Positions 18,539 through 29,381 are shown, counted from the first letter of the stretch. The stretch is 42,656 nt of DNA from a virus (IMGVR_UViG_2698536681_000004), one strand, 5' to 3'. A program made the numbers and translations. Notes: generated by a model not told the origin, from the letters alone.

Positions 18539-20041
18539 TCACAAAATGAAACGGATCTGCGCGGCCATGAAGCGGAACTGGTTAACCAGATCCGGTGTAC
18601 ACATCACATCCAGACGGTTACGGTCTTTTGTGTTGCGCTCCACGAGCAGATTCTTTTTAAAGGTGTCCAGATTTTCGACCAGTCCCAGATCCACCCATTC
18701 TTCCCCCAGCGAAATTAACTGAAGTTTCATGATCTCCGGTGTCACGATATTCTGACCGGCACGAACGGGCGTCCCGTCATCAGCCAGTTTATGGCGCGGA
18801 AAACGCTGCGTGATAAAGGTGCGCAGGGAATAACGCAGATATGACAGGGTGTAGATGGTTTCCACATCCAGATAGCTGGGATCGATTTCGCCGTATGCAT
18901 TCTGACGGTACATCGTCACCTGACGTTCAATCTGCACCACATCCGCGGCCGCGACGGTCACCGTGGACATGCCGGTATAAAGCAGGCTGTTTCGCTCTTC
19001 CCGCGTCAGACGATCCGGTGCTTCAGGTGCCATACGGGCAGGCAGCGCCAGTGTCTGTAATGGTCGGGCCGGATCCGTTGACAGGGAGGGCGCACAGACC
19101 GCACAAATGGAGGCAGCCCAGACATAATCCGGCTCTGGTGCTTTAGGAATAGAAGTGCAGGTAAACAGGAAGTCATTACGGGATTCACCAAAACTGGTTG
19201 CCGTACCGAAGGTGCCGGTATGCGCCATCCAGACCATACCGTCCGACATTTTTACCGGTCCCCAGCGTTTCAGCAGTTCATCCGCCAGAATTTTGAGATT
19301 TGCCGCATCCTTATAGGGCATGACGATGTAGTTGTACTGACGATTCCCCATCCCTGAGACGCTACGGGTGATATCGGGGTTTGTTGCCTTCTGTGTTGGC
19401 GCGACGAGCTCCAGCGTAAGACCGGCCGGTGTAGTTTCACCGTCATAATAGTTCACCCGTAAATCATGAGCTGAGCATTCACCGATAAAGCGGGCGTTAA
19501 CCCCCATGCTGCCTTTAAGTCCTTCAGCATTATCACCACTGACTTCAGCTGCGATAGCAGTGAATGGCGCATCAGTGTCAGCGTTAATGACCTTAGCCAG
19601 CTCTTCCACAAGCTCTTTACCTTTTTTCCCCTTACTGACGGGCAGGAGGTAACGGCGACCGCCGATGTAAACACTTAACACCCCGTCTGCCAATGCTGTT
19701 CCAATGATATTCATCACGCATGCCCTGGACTGACCTGTTCCAGCCCCCTGTGCAATGGCATATAACTCTGTGTCAGGGTTAATGGCGATAAATTCCTCTA
19801 CCATCAGTGCAATCATGGAACCTCGCCCCCAGAGTTCTCTTGCTTGTGAAGCTCGGGTAATACGTACTGGTACATCAAGCTGACCGCGCCCCTGAATGGT
19901 AGTGTCTTTCATTGCAGCCTGACCAAACAACAGTACCGCCTGACGCTGTGGTGGAGTGCCGGTCACGGCCATTGAATTATTGATTTCAATCTGTACCAGC
20001 GGAATGCGATTGTTATCGCCGATATAATCAAAGTTAATCAT
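18539..20041 (-). CDS. Tail sheath protein (Mu gp39-like)
   Basis: 500-aa product in the conserved sheath position. Confidence 0.8.
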   Translation of the reverse strand: MINFDYIGDNNRIPLVQIEINNSMAVTGTPPQRQAVLLFGQAAMKDTTIQGRGQLDVPVRITRASQARELWGRGSMIALMVEEFIAINPDTELYAIAQGAGTGQSRACVMNIIGTALADGVLSVYIGGRRYLLPVSKGKKGKELVEELAKVINADTDAPFTAIAAEVSGDNAEGLKGSMGVNARFIGECSAHDLRVNYYDGETTPAGLTLELVAPTQKATNPDITRSVSGMGNRQYNYIVMPYKDAANLKILADELLKRWGPVKMSDGMVWMAHTGTFGTATSFGESRNDFLFTCTSIPKAPEPDYVWAASICAVCAPSLSTDPARPLQTLALPARMAPEAPDRLTREERNSLLYTGMSTVTVAAADVVQIERQVTMYRQNAYGEIDPSYLDVETIYTLSYLRYSLRTFITQRFPRHKLADDGTPVRAGQNIVTPEIMKLQLISLGEEWVDLGLVENLDTFKKNLLVERNTKDRNRLDVMCTPDLVNQFRFMAAQIRFIL

Positions 20042-20319
20042 CAGGACGTCCCCTTATCTGATGCTGCGGTTTTTTCAGCCACCGCCGCAGTTTTTTCTGC
20101 TACCGCTCCCGCTGGTTTTGCCGCCGCGCCGGTATTAGCAGTTGTGGCAGCCGGGGCAGGCTCCGCCGTTTTATCCACCACAATGACGTCGCCATCATTA
20201 AGACGGCGGCACCAGAACGGAGTGAAGGGTTTCTCTTCCCCGTCCTGAGAGAGCGGAGTCATCGTGTCGGGATCGCGGATCAGGCATCCCGGCGCAGGTT
20301 TAATAAAAATGGTTGTCAT
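20041..20319 (-). CDS. Mu gp38-like small protein
   Basis: Conserved position between head-completion genes and sheath. Confidence 0.55.
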   Translation of the reverse strand: MTTIFIKPAPGCLIRDPDTMTPLSQDGEEKPFTPFWCRRLNDGDVIVVDKTAEPAPAATTANTGAAAKPAGAVAEKTAAVAEKTAASDKGTS

Positions 20320-20322
20320 CTG

Positions 20323-20886
20323 TTATTCCTCTGACAGTCCGGCGTTTTCACCGGCGGCAGTTGCACCAGGCAGACGGATGTGTGCCTTAAATTCCGGCGT
20401 GCCTTCCGGTTCGGTAAAGGTTTCGTAATGGCGCAGGAAATCATCCAGCGAGCTGATATCCGTCAGCGGGTCGATCATTTCCTCGCATGAGAAATACAGG
20501 GCGTACATCACGGCACCGCTGCCTGCCTGCGTTTCGGTGTAACCGTTGACCGCCTTTTCAAAGTAAAGCGGTGAGGTTTTTTCTGCTCTGAAGCCGTCCA
20601 GCACGGTAATCAGGCGGGCCACAATCTGATAAAGCCCGGGACGGCTGACCTCACGGCCATTGAGCATGTCGCCGATGACGTAGAACACCCAGTGACTGAC
20701 CAGACGCCCACGGGTACGCCCTTCACCGGCACCCAGCCAGGCAACATAGATAGCCGGGGCGTTAATCAGCATGGTGCGCAGTACGCTGTCGCTCCAGTCG
20801 CCGGGATGTGTGTCAACAGACACCAGTTCATTCCCGAAATACTCACGGATACGGGCGATGTACGCCTGCTCGGTTTCCGTAATCAT
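20323..20886 (-). CDS. Mu gp37-like protein
   Basis: Conserved position; start/stop overlaps with neighbours. Confidence 0.6.
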   Translation of the reverse strand: MITETEQAYIARIREYFGNELVSVDTHPGDWSDSVLRTMLINAPAIYVAWLGAGEGRTRGRLVSHWVFYVIGDMLNGREVSRPGLYQIVARLITVLDGFRAEKTSPLYFEKAVNGYTETQAGSGAVMYALYFSCEEMIDPLTDISSLDDFLRHYETFTEPEGTPEFKAHIRLPGATAAGENAGLSEE

Positions 20887-21302
20887 ATAAAGCCCTTCTG
20901 GTTGCGCCCGAACACCGCCGCATCAGACTGCACCTGCGGTAAATCCCCGGATTCAGGGGCCGCACCGTCTGTATCCACGCCGACCGGCACGTTACCGTTC
21001 ATGACATCTTTCAGCCAGGCCAGCGCCTCACGGTAACGGTCACGCGCCTGATCGGATGCCCGCTGATCGCACAGGTAATAAAAGGCAATCGTGCAGCAAT
21101 GCTGAACAAGGACCGCCGGAACCACCGCCAGCGGCAGCGTGTAACGGGAAGACAGATAGCTGTCGATAAGGGCAGACGCGTCCGTCAGTGCCCGGTTCAG
21201 CTTGCGCGTGTCCGGTTCATCCGAACGGGGCACGGCCAGTAATGGCCTGAGCAAATCCTCGCGGTAACGTGCCCGCATATCGGTTTCGGTGGCGTAATTC
21301 AT
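20883..21302 (-). CDS. Mu gp36-like protein
   Basis: Conserved position; start/stop overlaps with neighbours. Confidence 0.6.
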   Translation of the reverse strand: MNYATETDMRARYREDLLRPLLAVPRSDEPDTRKLNRALTDASALIDSYLSSRYTLPLAVVPAVLVQHCCTIAFYYLCDQRASDQARDRYREALAWLKDVMNGNVPVGVDTDGAAPESGDLPQVQSDAAVFGRNQKGFI

Positions 21303-21658
21303 GCGCGCGCCTTTTTCGCCTGTCTGGCGTTATTGCCGGTCTTTTTCCGGGGAGCATCCTGTACGGTTTCGGCTTCGGCTAAATCTGCACCGGTCTCTGC
21401 ATGAACCACACCCGCCACGGCTCCCGCATCATCACCAGGCGTCTGTAGTATTCGTACAGTGAGGCATGGCTCCGCTTCCAGTCGGGCAAGCTGCTCCGGG
21501 GTGACGTCAACCTGCTGGCGTCCCCGCATGAACAGGAACCCCGCACGACGAAAATGCGTACGACTGCAACGCACTTCTGCCAGTACCGTGACAGGACTGT
21601 CACCACTGACCTGAAGGCCTGAATCATCTGTTGCTGCCACAGTGTGATGTTCATTCAT
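21299..21658 (-). CDS. Hypothetical head-associated protein (Mu gp35 position)
   Basis: Plausible composition; the overlapping alternative-frame ORF 21379-21654 looks non-coding. Confidence 0.5.
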   Translation of the reverse strand: MNEHHTVAATDDSGLQVSGDSPVTVLAEVRCSRTHFRRAGFLFMRGRQQVDVTPEQLARLEAEPCLTVRILQTPGDDAGAVAGVVHAETGADLAEAETVQDAPRKKTGNNARQAKKARA

Positions 21659-21701
21659 ATTTGCCCTCCGCAGGGGCCGGGCCGTAAGCCCGGCTCACCG
21701 T

Positions 21702-22649
21702 TTACAGATAATCCGCGACAACCAGCTCCAGCTTGCCCTTCATCTCGTTAGAGACTGTGGCGTTACCGTCTGCGAACAGCTCGCGCTCCAGCAGCTGCAC
21801 CGCCTGTTTTTCCAGCGAGGTGGGGACAACAATATGGGTGGGTTTGATGCCGAGTTTGCGGCCACCGTCAGCCTTAAAGTCACGCATGGCTGACCAGCCG
21901 TGCCACAGCGCATCCAGCGTCAGCGGTGACTGCATCATGTAGGCCATCTGCCAGAAGCCGTAGCCCACATTGCGACGGGCGGAAGCACCGAACACAAACT
22001 CGTTATCAGTAAACGCACGGCCTTCATCGACTTTTGTCTGGGCAACCAGTTCGGCTTTGCGGCGATCCTGATAAATCAGCGGTTTTACCGCGCGGGAGCA
22101 GTCAAGCAGATACCAGGCCGGGCCGCTGTAATCCGCCTGTGCACCGACAGAGCCGGTTTTTGCCACAAACATATTGCTGACCATCTGTGCATCACCGGAG
22201 CCATCCACTTTGGGGTAAACAGGGTGTTCGGTATCAAAGAAGTTCTGGCCGTCATAGCAGGCCGCATTCAGACCATCACGCAGTGCAGCAAAGACCAGTT
22301 CATCCGGTTGTGCCGCAGCGGCACGACCCATTTCCTGGAATAACGGGGAGTAGATGCCGAGATTGTCGTCTTCAAAGTCATCGCGGCTAATGGCAACGGT
22401 GCCTTCAAAGGTTTTGTTCACGATGGCGTAGCCATAGGCTTTCATCTTCTCGATGACGCGGGAGCCGATCCACTCACGGAACTGCGGGAACTGCCCCAGC
22501 CAGCCGTAGGTGTTGGATTTCGAGGTGGACGGCACGGTCATCGCAATTTTCTGGTACTGCGACGGAGCCATGGACATCCCGGCCTGAAAATCAGAACGGT
22601 AGCCCGTCATCAGGGCGGTGATCATCGCCGGTGTAATCGGGGTAGGCAT
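21702..22649 (-). CDS. Major capsid protein (Mu T/gp34-like)
   Basis: 315-aa product downstream of the protease/scaffold gene. Confidence 0.8.
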   Translation of the reverse strand: MPTPITPAMITALMTGYRSDFQAGMSMAPSQYQKIAMTVPSTSKSNTYGWLGQFPQFREWIGSRVIEKMKAYGYAIVNKTFEGTVAISRDDFEDDNLGIYSPLFQEMGRAAAAQPDELVFAALRDGLNAACYDGQNFFDTEHPVYPKVDGSGDAQMVSNMFVAKTGSVGAQADYSGPAWYLLDCSRAVKPLIYQDRRKAELVAQTKVDEGRAFTDNEFVFGASARRNVGYGFWQMAYMMQSPLTLDALWHGWSAMRDFKADGGRKLGIKPTHIVVPTSLEKQAVQLLERELFADGNATVSNEMKGKLELVVADYL

Positions 22650-23782
22650 TATTGCATTTCCTCTTTCATTTTCAGGAACTCGGCTTCGGTTTTACCCAAC
22701 AGACGTGCGGCGGCGATATCTTCAGCCGACAGCACAGCGGTGGCGGTCTTTTTATCCGGCACGGTTACGGTGTCGGTCTGAAGAGTGGTCAGAGCCGCAA
22801 CCGGCTGGCGGGCGTCAAGCTGTGCAGAAAGTGCCGCGACGCCAATCTGTTGTCCGAGTCCTTCCATGTATCCGCGTTCGCTTTTGAAAATGCGTCCTTC
22901 GGACTCGGCCTTATCCAGCAACTGCTCCAGCGTGGTGCTGCCGTGTTGTGCCGACAGCGCGGCATATTCGGTACGCAGGGCGTTATACGTCTCAACGGGC
23001 ACATATTTCGTCAGATCAATAGTGCCGCCAGTTGGTGTGCCTTTTGCGGTTTCCAGTTCTGCCGACAGGCTGGCAACCTGCGTTTTCAGGGTGTCGTGCG
23101 CATCCGCACGGGTTTTGATCCCGGTAAGGGCAGACAGCGCCGCCGTGCCCAGTTCCGGTGTAAATTCGTCACCGTCAGCCACGGTCAGACCGAGCGCCGT
23201 CAGCAACTGGCGTAATTGCTCATTCATGGGGGATTGCTCCTGAGAAGGGGAAACGACATAGAGATCATCAGCACTGAGTGCCGCGACAGGGTTCATACCC
23301 GTAATACCCGGATCATTCGTCAGGGAAGCCATGCGCAACAGGTAGGGTTCCCCGGTGTCAGCGAAATAATGCATATATGCAGACAGATAGGCATATTCAC
23401 GGTCATCAATATGTTTTTGTGCCTGTGGTGTCCATTCAGGTTTAATGAAAATCCCCTGACCCTCACGCCATTCGATGTTTTCCGGCTTAACCCATCCTGC
23501 AGCAATAGCCTTGAATCCGTTTTTCTGCGCATTCACGGAGTGATGGTCATAATCAATCAGTAACGGCTGATGCAGGGCGGAAAGCCCGGCTTTCATCCGG
23601 TTACAGGCGGATTCGTTAATCAGCCAGCCTTCAGTCGGTTTTTCCGGGCGACCGTCACGGGCCTTTACCCGACCGGCTGGCAGTAACTGACACCATCCGT
23701 CGCCGGATGCAGTCAGCGAAGCTGAAAGCACGGCTAAACCGGAGGGGCGATTTGCGTCTTTTGGGTGATTTTCTGTCTTCAT
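22649..23782 (-). CDS. Head maturation protease/scaffold protein (Mu I/gp32-like)
   Basis: 377-aa product with an Ala/Leu-rich C-terminal scaffold-like region, upstream of the capsid gene. Confidence 0.75.
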   Translation of the reverse strand: MKTENHPKDANRPSGLAVLSASLTASGDGWCQLLPAGRVKARDGRPEKPTEGWLINESACNRMKAGLSALHQPLLIDYDHHSVNAQKNGFKAIAAGWVKPENIEWREGQGIFIKPEWTPQAQKHIDDREYAYLSAYMHYFADTGEPYLLRMASLTNDPGITGMNPVAALSADDLYVVSPSQEQSPMNEQLRQLLTALGLTVADGDEFTPELGTAALSALTGIKTRADAHDTLKTQVASLSAELETAKGTPTGGTIDLTKYVPVETYNALRTEYAALSAQHGSTTLEQLLDKAESEGRIFKSERGYMEGLGQQIGVAALSAQLDARQPVAALTTLQTDTVTVPDKKTATAVLSAEDIAAARLLGKTEAEFLKMKEEMQ

Positions 23783-23959
23783 ACCGGCAGCATAAGCCGG
23801 GTATTTTTGGGGCTGGTTTTGCGGGACTTCAGAAAGTGCTGACAGGGGGGGAATGAGAAAGGCGCTTCACGCAGATTTTAAAGCCCGTTAAATACAGGTT
23901 AGAAAATCACGACACGCGCCTGAAGGGGGTAAGGTAATACGTTTGCATACCTTAAACCA

Positions 23960-24433
23960 TTACGGCGTTTCTGTGGCCTTTTTAAAGCGTTTTCTGATTT
24001 CGTCCATGATCTCCTGTTCTGCCACCTGATCAAAGCCCATATACGGACGTGCGCCAATGGCCGCCGGTCCCGGTGGCATACCAGGCAGGCCACCCCACTG
24101 ATGAATGGCTGCATAAGGTTCATTTGATCCAATCAGCGCCCAGGTATCGCCATAATCCGTGGTCAGGCGGCGGGCCAGATCGCCGTTCAGCGTCAGGATT
24201 TTGCCGGGCGTGTATCCCTTACGGGTACGCCACTCACGGTAAGGATCTGACCAGTCATGCCAGCGTTCACCATCCGGCTCTTTTTCCTGCTCAAACGCCA
24301 TTTCTGACGATGACAGAAGACTCGCCGCCACACTGCGGGCCAGGTCTTTTCCGCCGCCCACAAACTGAAGCCGGGCAAACACTCGCTGGAGACGCGTAAC
24401 GTCAACAACGACAGCTGCATCAATGGATGACAT
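23960..24433 (-). CDS. Virion morphogenesis protein (Mu G/gp31-like)
   Basis: 157-aa product between F and I as in Mu. Confidence 0.7.
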   Translation of the reverse strand: MSSIDAAVVVDVTRLQRVFARLQFVGGGKDLARSVAASLLSSSEMAFEQEKEPDGERWHDWSDPYREWRTRKGYTPGKILTLNGDLARRLTTDYGDTWALIGSNEPYAAIHQWGGLPGMPPGPAAIGARPYMGFDQVAEQEIMDEIRKRFKKATETP

Positions 24434-24554
24434 ATTGCCTCCGCATAAAGGATGAATATAAAATAAACAGGCGGTCAGTGTACGCTTAACTGGTAAAGTC
24501 GGTGCCTGCCTCCGGGTGGATCATGTATGCGGGTTCGACCCCCGCCACTGACCG

Positions 24555-25886
24555 TTAATCAATTTGTCCTTCCAGCACCTCAAGCATTCCGCCCCGGATA
24601 TCCGATTTCAGCTTATCCATATTGATAACCCGGTAAGCATTCACAATCACATCCAGTTTGTCGGGCTGACGTTTCAGACTGTACGGTGCATTAACGGCAA
24701 TCTGCACACTGCCATCCTGATTTTCCACGATATACATCAGATTGTTGTGCCGTTTGTCCCACAGTACCGCTTTTGGCCTTGCCAGCATTGCCGGTAAGCG
24801 CCCGAAGTCCTCCGGCGTCAGAGCGATGCCGTCATTCTGATGTTTCACACTGTCCGCATGGAGCACATTTTTACCGCTCATCGCCAGCAGGCGGGCCGGT
24901 GGCGTTCCCGTCCGGCTTTCCACTGCCTGCGCAATGCTTTCAGTCATAAAGCCCAGCGTGCGGATATCGTTACCACCTCGCCGGGTCTGCATGATGTTTT
25001 TTGCCCAGATGCGGAACGCCAGCTGCCGCTCCGGGCTGTTGTTCATCTCCTGAACCACCATTTCCCGTAACGCCGGGCTTTTCACCTCGATCAGTTTGCG
25101 GATCAGCGCCTGGTCTGTGCCGAACGCTGCCGAGCCGGGGTTATATGACCAGCCCACATCCGGTGTCATGGTTCTGGCGCCATCTGAATATGTGGTCACC
25201 GGCATTTCTCTGACTTCTCCGGTCTGTTTATCCACGCCAGCCTCAACATTGCGGGTGGAGAGATGATCCTCACCGGATGAAACGGATAACCCCATTGCAT
25301 CCAGACGGGCCTGAGACAATGGCCGCACACGGCAGCGGCAGTTCCAGCCATTGGGCGGGTAGTGTGTTTTCCAGAACGGATCGTCATAGCGGAATACCAG
25401 ACCGTTAAGGGCGGAATGCGACGGGCGGGTACGGCTGTCCATGACCGCCACATACTGCCAGAACGGATGCGTGTCCGTGTTGTTCATCATCTGCGTGTAA
25501 CGCCCGGCATTGTAAGCCACACGGGTGTTCACGTTGTAAATCAGCGCCAGACGACGGGGACTGCCCTGCTGCACTTCTTCCGCGTTACCGTCGCTGTCCA
25601 CCACAATCTGCTTTCCCCACCATCCCAGCTTTTGCAGGCGTGGCGTCAGTGTGCGGATAAATTCTTTCTGTGAAATCCCCTCATCAATGGCCCGCTGCAC
25701 TTCGGCCTGTAATGTGGTTACCACATCCAGCCGTGCCGTTTTTGCTGCCGTGAATGAGCGGGCATGAACATCCGCGTCTGTTTCGAACCAGTTCCAGCTG
25801 ATATGCGCCCCTTTGGCGCGGAAGTATGCCACCGTCTCTTTTGAGGGAAGCGTGGCGGCATAACCTAAATCAATCCCCTGAGCCAT
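24555..25886 (-). CDS. Head morphogenesis protein (Mu F/gp30-like)
   Basis: 443-aa product immediately downstream of the portal gene. Confidence 0.75.
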   Translation of the reverse strand: MAQGIDLGYAATLPSKETVAYFRAKGAHISWNWFETDADVHARSFTAAKTARLDVVTTLQAEVQRAIDEGISQKEFIRTLTPRLQKLGWWGKQIVVDSDGNAEEVQQGSPRRLALIYNVNTRVAYNAGRYTQMMNNTDTHPFWQYVAVMDSRTRPSHSALNGLVFRYDDPFWKTHYPPNGWNCRCRVRPLSQARLDAMGLSVSSGEDHLSTRNVEAGVDKQTGEVREMPVTTYSDGARTMTPDVGWSYNPGSAAFGTDQALIRKLIEVKSPALREMVVQEMNNSPERQLAFRIWAKNIMQTRRGGNDIRTLGFMTESIAQAVESRTGTPPARLLAMSGKNVLHADSVKHQNDGIALTPEDFGRLPAMLARPKAVLWDKRHNNLMYIVENQDGSVQIAVNAPYSLKRQPDKLDVIVNAYRVINMDKLKSDIRGGMLEVLEGQID

Positions 25887-27459
25887 CCAGCATCCCCTTC
25901 ATTTCCGCAGCAAACATGGCATCACTGAGCAGCGTCATCAGGCGGGAATCATCCATTTCACGGTAAAGGGCAGGCAGGTCTGCCAGTGCCTCCGCCAGCC
26001 CCCGCGTTCTGATGACATCAATGACCGGCTCCAGCACCGGATCGATGGCCTCCTGTAAGCGGCGGGCAGGCACCGCGTCCCCCATGTCGTCCAGTTCATC
26101 ACGCGGCGTGTTTTTCGCTTCCGGCAGTCGGGCTGAAAGCGCCGTCTGTTCTGTCTTTTCCTGTTTTTCCGGTAGCGTTTCCCTGTCAGGCATGGCCGGT
26201 TCATTACTGCTCTGACGGACACGGAATATGGCTTCACCGGGCGTGGGCTGTGGAATACCGGTCTGATCCCGTACCCAGGGATCAGGAATATCCATCCCCG
26301 CACTGAGTTGCATCACCGCACTGGCTATTTTGGTGATATCCCCCGGTTCTTTGGTCTGGAAACAGATACGCGGCAGGCGACGGATATCAATGGCGTGGGC
26401 GGTGTTCAGGGCATACAGCGGATACACCAGATCGCGGTTCAGGGTTGCAGCCAGCTGGCGTAAATCAGAATCCCTGATTTCCCGGCGCACCTCGTTATGC
26501 ACCTCACCCAGCGAGCGCGCGCCTTTGTCTCCGGCTTCTGTGGTCAGCGTGCCGCCGAGTATTGCTTTGGAGATGGAACGCTCACCCCACGAAATCATGG
26601 TTTCAAACGGATCGGCCTGACCGTTCGCTGCCGCCTGAAACTCCAGCGACATCCCGGCCGGGATGATCCCGCCTGTACGTCGCCCGATATCCATCACCGC
26701 CCGCATCAGGGCACTTTTCTGCTCCGGTGTTGCCCCGGACGGGTATTTCCCGACCTTCATTGGCAGGCCGTACACCTCCAGAAATTCCGCCAGATCGCGC
26801 ACGGAATAGTTTTTGAAAATGAACGGCCAGATAAGCGTTCTGACAAGCCCCGTCGCACCACCGTAGCCGGTGCGTGAACGCGACTGATGCACTATCCAGC
26901 CAAAGGGCTGAAACGCCACCCCGGCATGGCTGCCGTCACGCAGCCGCAGTTCGCTCAAATCATCCGGGTTAAGGCAGAAATGCCCGCTGTCACGCCAGCG
27001 GATGGCGCGGATGATGTGCATTTTACCGAGCATCCCGTGCTCAATTTCCATGCAGGAATAGCCCTTCAGGATGGCATCCGTGGCGTCAAACAGCATGGCA
27101 TCAAACCAGTCTGCGGAATGCAGATATTCGTCGAGCATTTCCGCGTCCTTTTTCTCATTCGCGCTGGCGTTCGGTGGCGGCTCAATACTCCATGGCACCC
27201 CCTGAATGGCAAGACGTCGCTTGCCCAGCTCCGCAAAAAGGTGGGTGTCCTTTTCTTCAATATCAGCGGCCAGATCGGACTGGGCAATCAGATCGCCACG
27301 TTCAGCCCCGCGAAGGCACTGCGCCGCCCGGTTCGGGGTGATACCCGAAGCCGGATGTTCAATATAACGGCTGGCAATCTGCGGAATATCCAGCGCGGCA
27401 CTCTGCATCTCCGGGTCAAAGGAGAAAGGTTTTCCGTCAGTATCAATGATGCGTCCCAC
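25870..27459 (-). CDS. Portal protein (Mu gp29-like)
   Basis: 529-aa product immediately downstream of the large terminase gene. Confidence 0.8.
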   Translation of the reverse strand: MGRIIDTDGKPFSFDPEMQSAALDIPQIASRYIEHPASGITPNRAAQCLRGAERGDLIAQSDLAADIEEKDTHLFAELGKRRLAIQGVPWSIEPPPNASANEKKDAEMLDEYLHSADWFDAMLFDATDAILKGYSCMEIEHGMLGKMHIIRAIRWRDSGHFCLNPDDLSELRLRDGSHAGVAFQPFGWIVHQSRSRTGYGGATGLVRTLIWPFIFKNYSVRDLAEFLEVYGLPMKVGKYPSGATPEQKSALMRAVMDIGRRTGGIIPAGMSLEFQAAANGQADPFETMISWGERSISKAILGGTLTTEAGDKGARSLGEVHNEVRREIRDSDLRQLAATLNRDLVYPLYALNTAHAIDIRRLPRICFQTKEPGDITKIASAVMQLSAGMDIPDPWVRDQTGIPQPTPGEAIFRVRQSSNEPAMPDRETLPEKQEKTEQTALSARLPEAKNTPRDELDDMGDAVPARRLQEAIDPVLEPVIDVIRTRGLAEALADLPALYREMDDSRLMTLLSDAMFAAEMKGMLDGSGD

Positions 27460-29126
27460 TACCAGCCCCCCCGATCAAATTCATGATATGCCTCATCGTC
27501 ATCACGATAACCGCCCTCCATTGCCCGCGACCGCTCCTGTAGCGCCTGACAGGCTGATTCATCCAGGATGAAGCCCTCCATGTATGACGCCCGGTTTGCC
27601 ATACAGAGCGCCACGGCAAAATCACCATGGCGGCGGGCGTTCGCAGCCGTTGCGTTCTGGTCCTTCGTGCGCCCCTTGTCGATTTGCGGGATACCATTCA
27701 CTACCTTCACATGGCGCAAATCATCAAGCGTGGTCTGATGGCGGGCGACGAGGATATTCTGATCTTCAAACTCGGCTTTCAGTTTTGGCATCCACTCGCC
27801 GTACCACTTCGGCGACAACATCACGCAGTCGATGATGTCCGGGCCAAAGGCCAGCAGTGCGGCCTCTGCCAGATAGCCGCCGTTACCGGTGGCGTCGAAC
27901 GCCGCACCGACCAGCGCCGGAACGCGGGTCAGGATGTACATCATCACCTGTTCCTGCTGGGCATACGGCAGGTTGCGCAGCTCCACGCGAAACACCTCGC
28001 GCTTTGCCAGGGATTCGGTGATTTCCAGCAGCACAAAGCAGGACAGGTCACCGGTGCGGGCAAAGTCTTCCCCGAAGCTGAAGCGGGAACGGGGATTTAA
28101 TTTCTCTAAAAGCGGTTTTAAATGTTCTTCACACCAGGTTAAAACTTCCGATTCACGCAGCCATGCGGCACGGCTGATGAAGTTGTCCGGGGCTTCAAAC
28201 GTCAGAATCGGGATGTCGCGGATCATCGCCATTTCAATAAGCGCGTGGGGGATATAGGCACCGCCGGATTTTTTCGGGATACAGCCGTATTCCTCGTCGG
28301 CATCCTCACGGGTCGGGGCGTTTTTGTAGAGATCATCACGCCATTTCTGCTCGCTTTCCGGTGACCATTCCTGATCGGTGACGTAACAGATACGACGGTA
28401 CAGCCCGTCCGCAATGGCATCATCCAGGGTTATGCGGTGGACGCTGTAATCCTTGCGCCCCTCGCGGGCTTCCTGAATGTACTGATTAAACAGATTATCG
28501 ACGCCGTTATGCGTGGAGATAATACGCACGCGCGCGCCCCACATAGTGAGCGCCATTGCCGCCTTGAGAAGCTCATCCAGTGACTCGTGGAACGCGGCTT
28601 CATCAATCACCACATCCCCCTGAAGGCCGCGCAGGTTTGACGGACGGGAAGACAATGCCTGAATTTTGAATCCACTGTTCGGAAAGCGGATCATGTAGGT
28701 CAAAATTTCTTCTTTTTTATCCCGATCCCAGAATGTCTGCTCATACACATCAGCATCTGCCAGCTGGTTAAAGGCACGGGAGAACAGCGCGCAGGCAGAA
28801 ATATATTCCAGCGCCATCTCCTGCTTTGATCCCACATAAAACACATTGCGGCCACCACGACGCTTCGGTTTTGCAGCAGTAATGACGTTACGCCCGGCTT
28901 CCGCCCAGGTAAGACCGGTGCGGCGGGATTTCTCCGCGATGCAGACCTGACTTTCATCTGCAAACCAGCGGGCCTGATAATCCAGAAACACCGGCATATC
29001 ACCGGGCAAATCAAGGCTGTCCGGCACATCCACGCCCAGCAGGGCTTTTTCACCTGACAGATCAATTTTGCGGGGAGGCGTCATTTGCATCAGTGAAGGC
29101 GACGTTTCTCTGGCTTTGTTCATCAT
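27459..29126 (-). CDS. Terminase large subunit (Mu gp28-like)
   Basis: 555-aa product; first large gene of the head module. Confidence 0.8.
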   Translation of the reverse strand: MMNKARETSPSLMQMTPPRKIDLSGEKALLGVDVPDSLDLPGDMPVFLDYQARWFADESQVCIAEKSRRTGLTWAEAGRNVITAAKPKRRGGRNVFYVGSKQEMALEYISACALFSRAFNQLADADVYEQTFWDRDKKEEILTYMIRFPNSGFKIQALSSRPSNLRGLQGDVVIDEAAFHESLDELLKAAMALTMWGARVRIISTHNGVDNLFNQYIQEAREGRKDYSVHRITLDDAIADGLYRRICYVTDQEWSPESEQKWRDDLYKNAPTREDADEEYGCIPKKSGGAYIPHALIEMAMIRDIPILTFEAPDNFISRAAWLRESEVLTWCEEHLKPLLEKLNPRSRFSFGEDFARTGDLSCFVLLEITESLAKREVFRVELRNLPYAQQEQVMMYILTRVPALVGAAFDATGNGGYLAEAALLAFGPDIIDCVMLSPKWYGEWMPKLKAEFEDQNILVARHQTTLDDLRHVKVVNGIPQIDKGRTKDQNATAANARRHGDFAVALCMANRASYMEGFILDESACQALQERSRAMEGGYRDDDEAYHEFDRGGW

Positions 29127-29371
29127 GCTTTACCTGTCAGAATGCTTTTGATTCGGGACTCAAGCTCTTCAGTCATCACGTCCACGCCGCTCAACTCATC
29201 AGTGGCAGCCTCTGCCAGCAGCGAATGCAGTTGTTCCAGGGATATTTCCCCGGCAATGCTGAGTTCAGTCAACTCACGACATACCTTTATGGTTTCAGGA
29301 GGTAACTGTGTTGCAAGACTGAATGCTTTCTGATGGGCACTGCTCATCAGTGAGCGGTTATCTGTTGCCAT
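29123..29371 (-). CDS. Small protein whose C-terminus duplicates the C-terminus of the upstream gene
   Basis: Ends ...ELSGVDVMTEELESRIKSILTGKA versus upstream ...ELRGVDGMSEQIEFRIRQMLLGKA. Confidence 0.45.
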   Translation of the reverse strand: MATDNRSLMSSAHQKAFSLATQLPPETIKVCRELTELSIAGEISLEQLHSLLAEAATDELSGVDVMTEELESRIKSILTGKA

Positions 29372-29381
29372 GATTCACCTC

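Noticed and set aside
21379-21654. Alternative-frame ORF overlapping 21299-21658
   Set aside because: Trp/Arg-rich low-complexity translation typical of an out-of-frame read; the other frame fits the operon
24472-24554. Bona fide tRNA gene
   Set aside because: Only an acceptor-like pairing and a T-arm-like hairpin can be drawn; no D arm or anticodon arm, and the acceptor stem would be 9 bp
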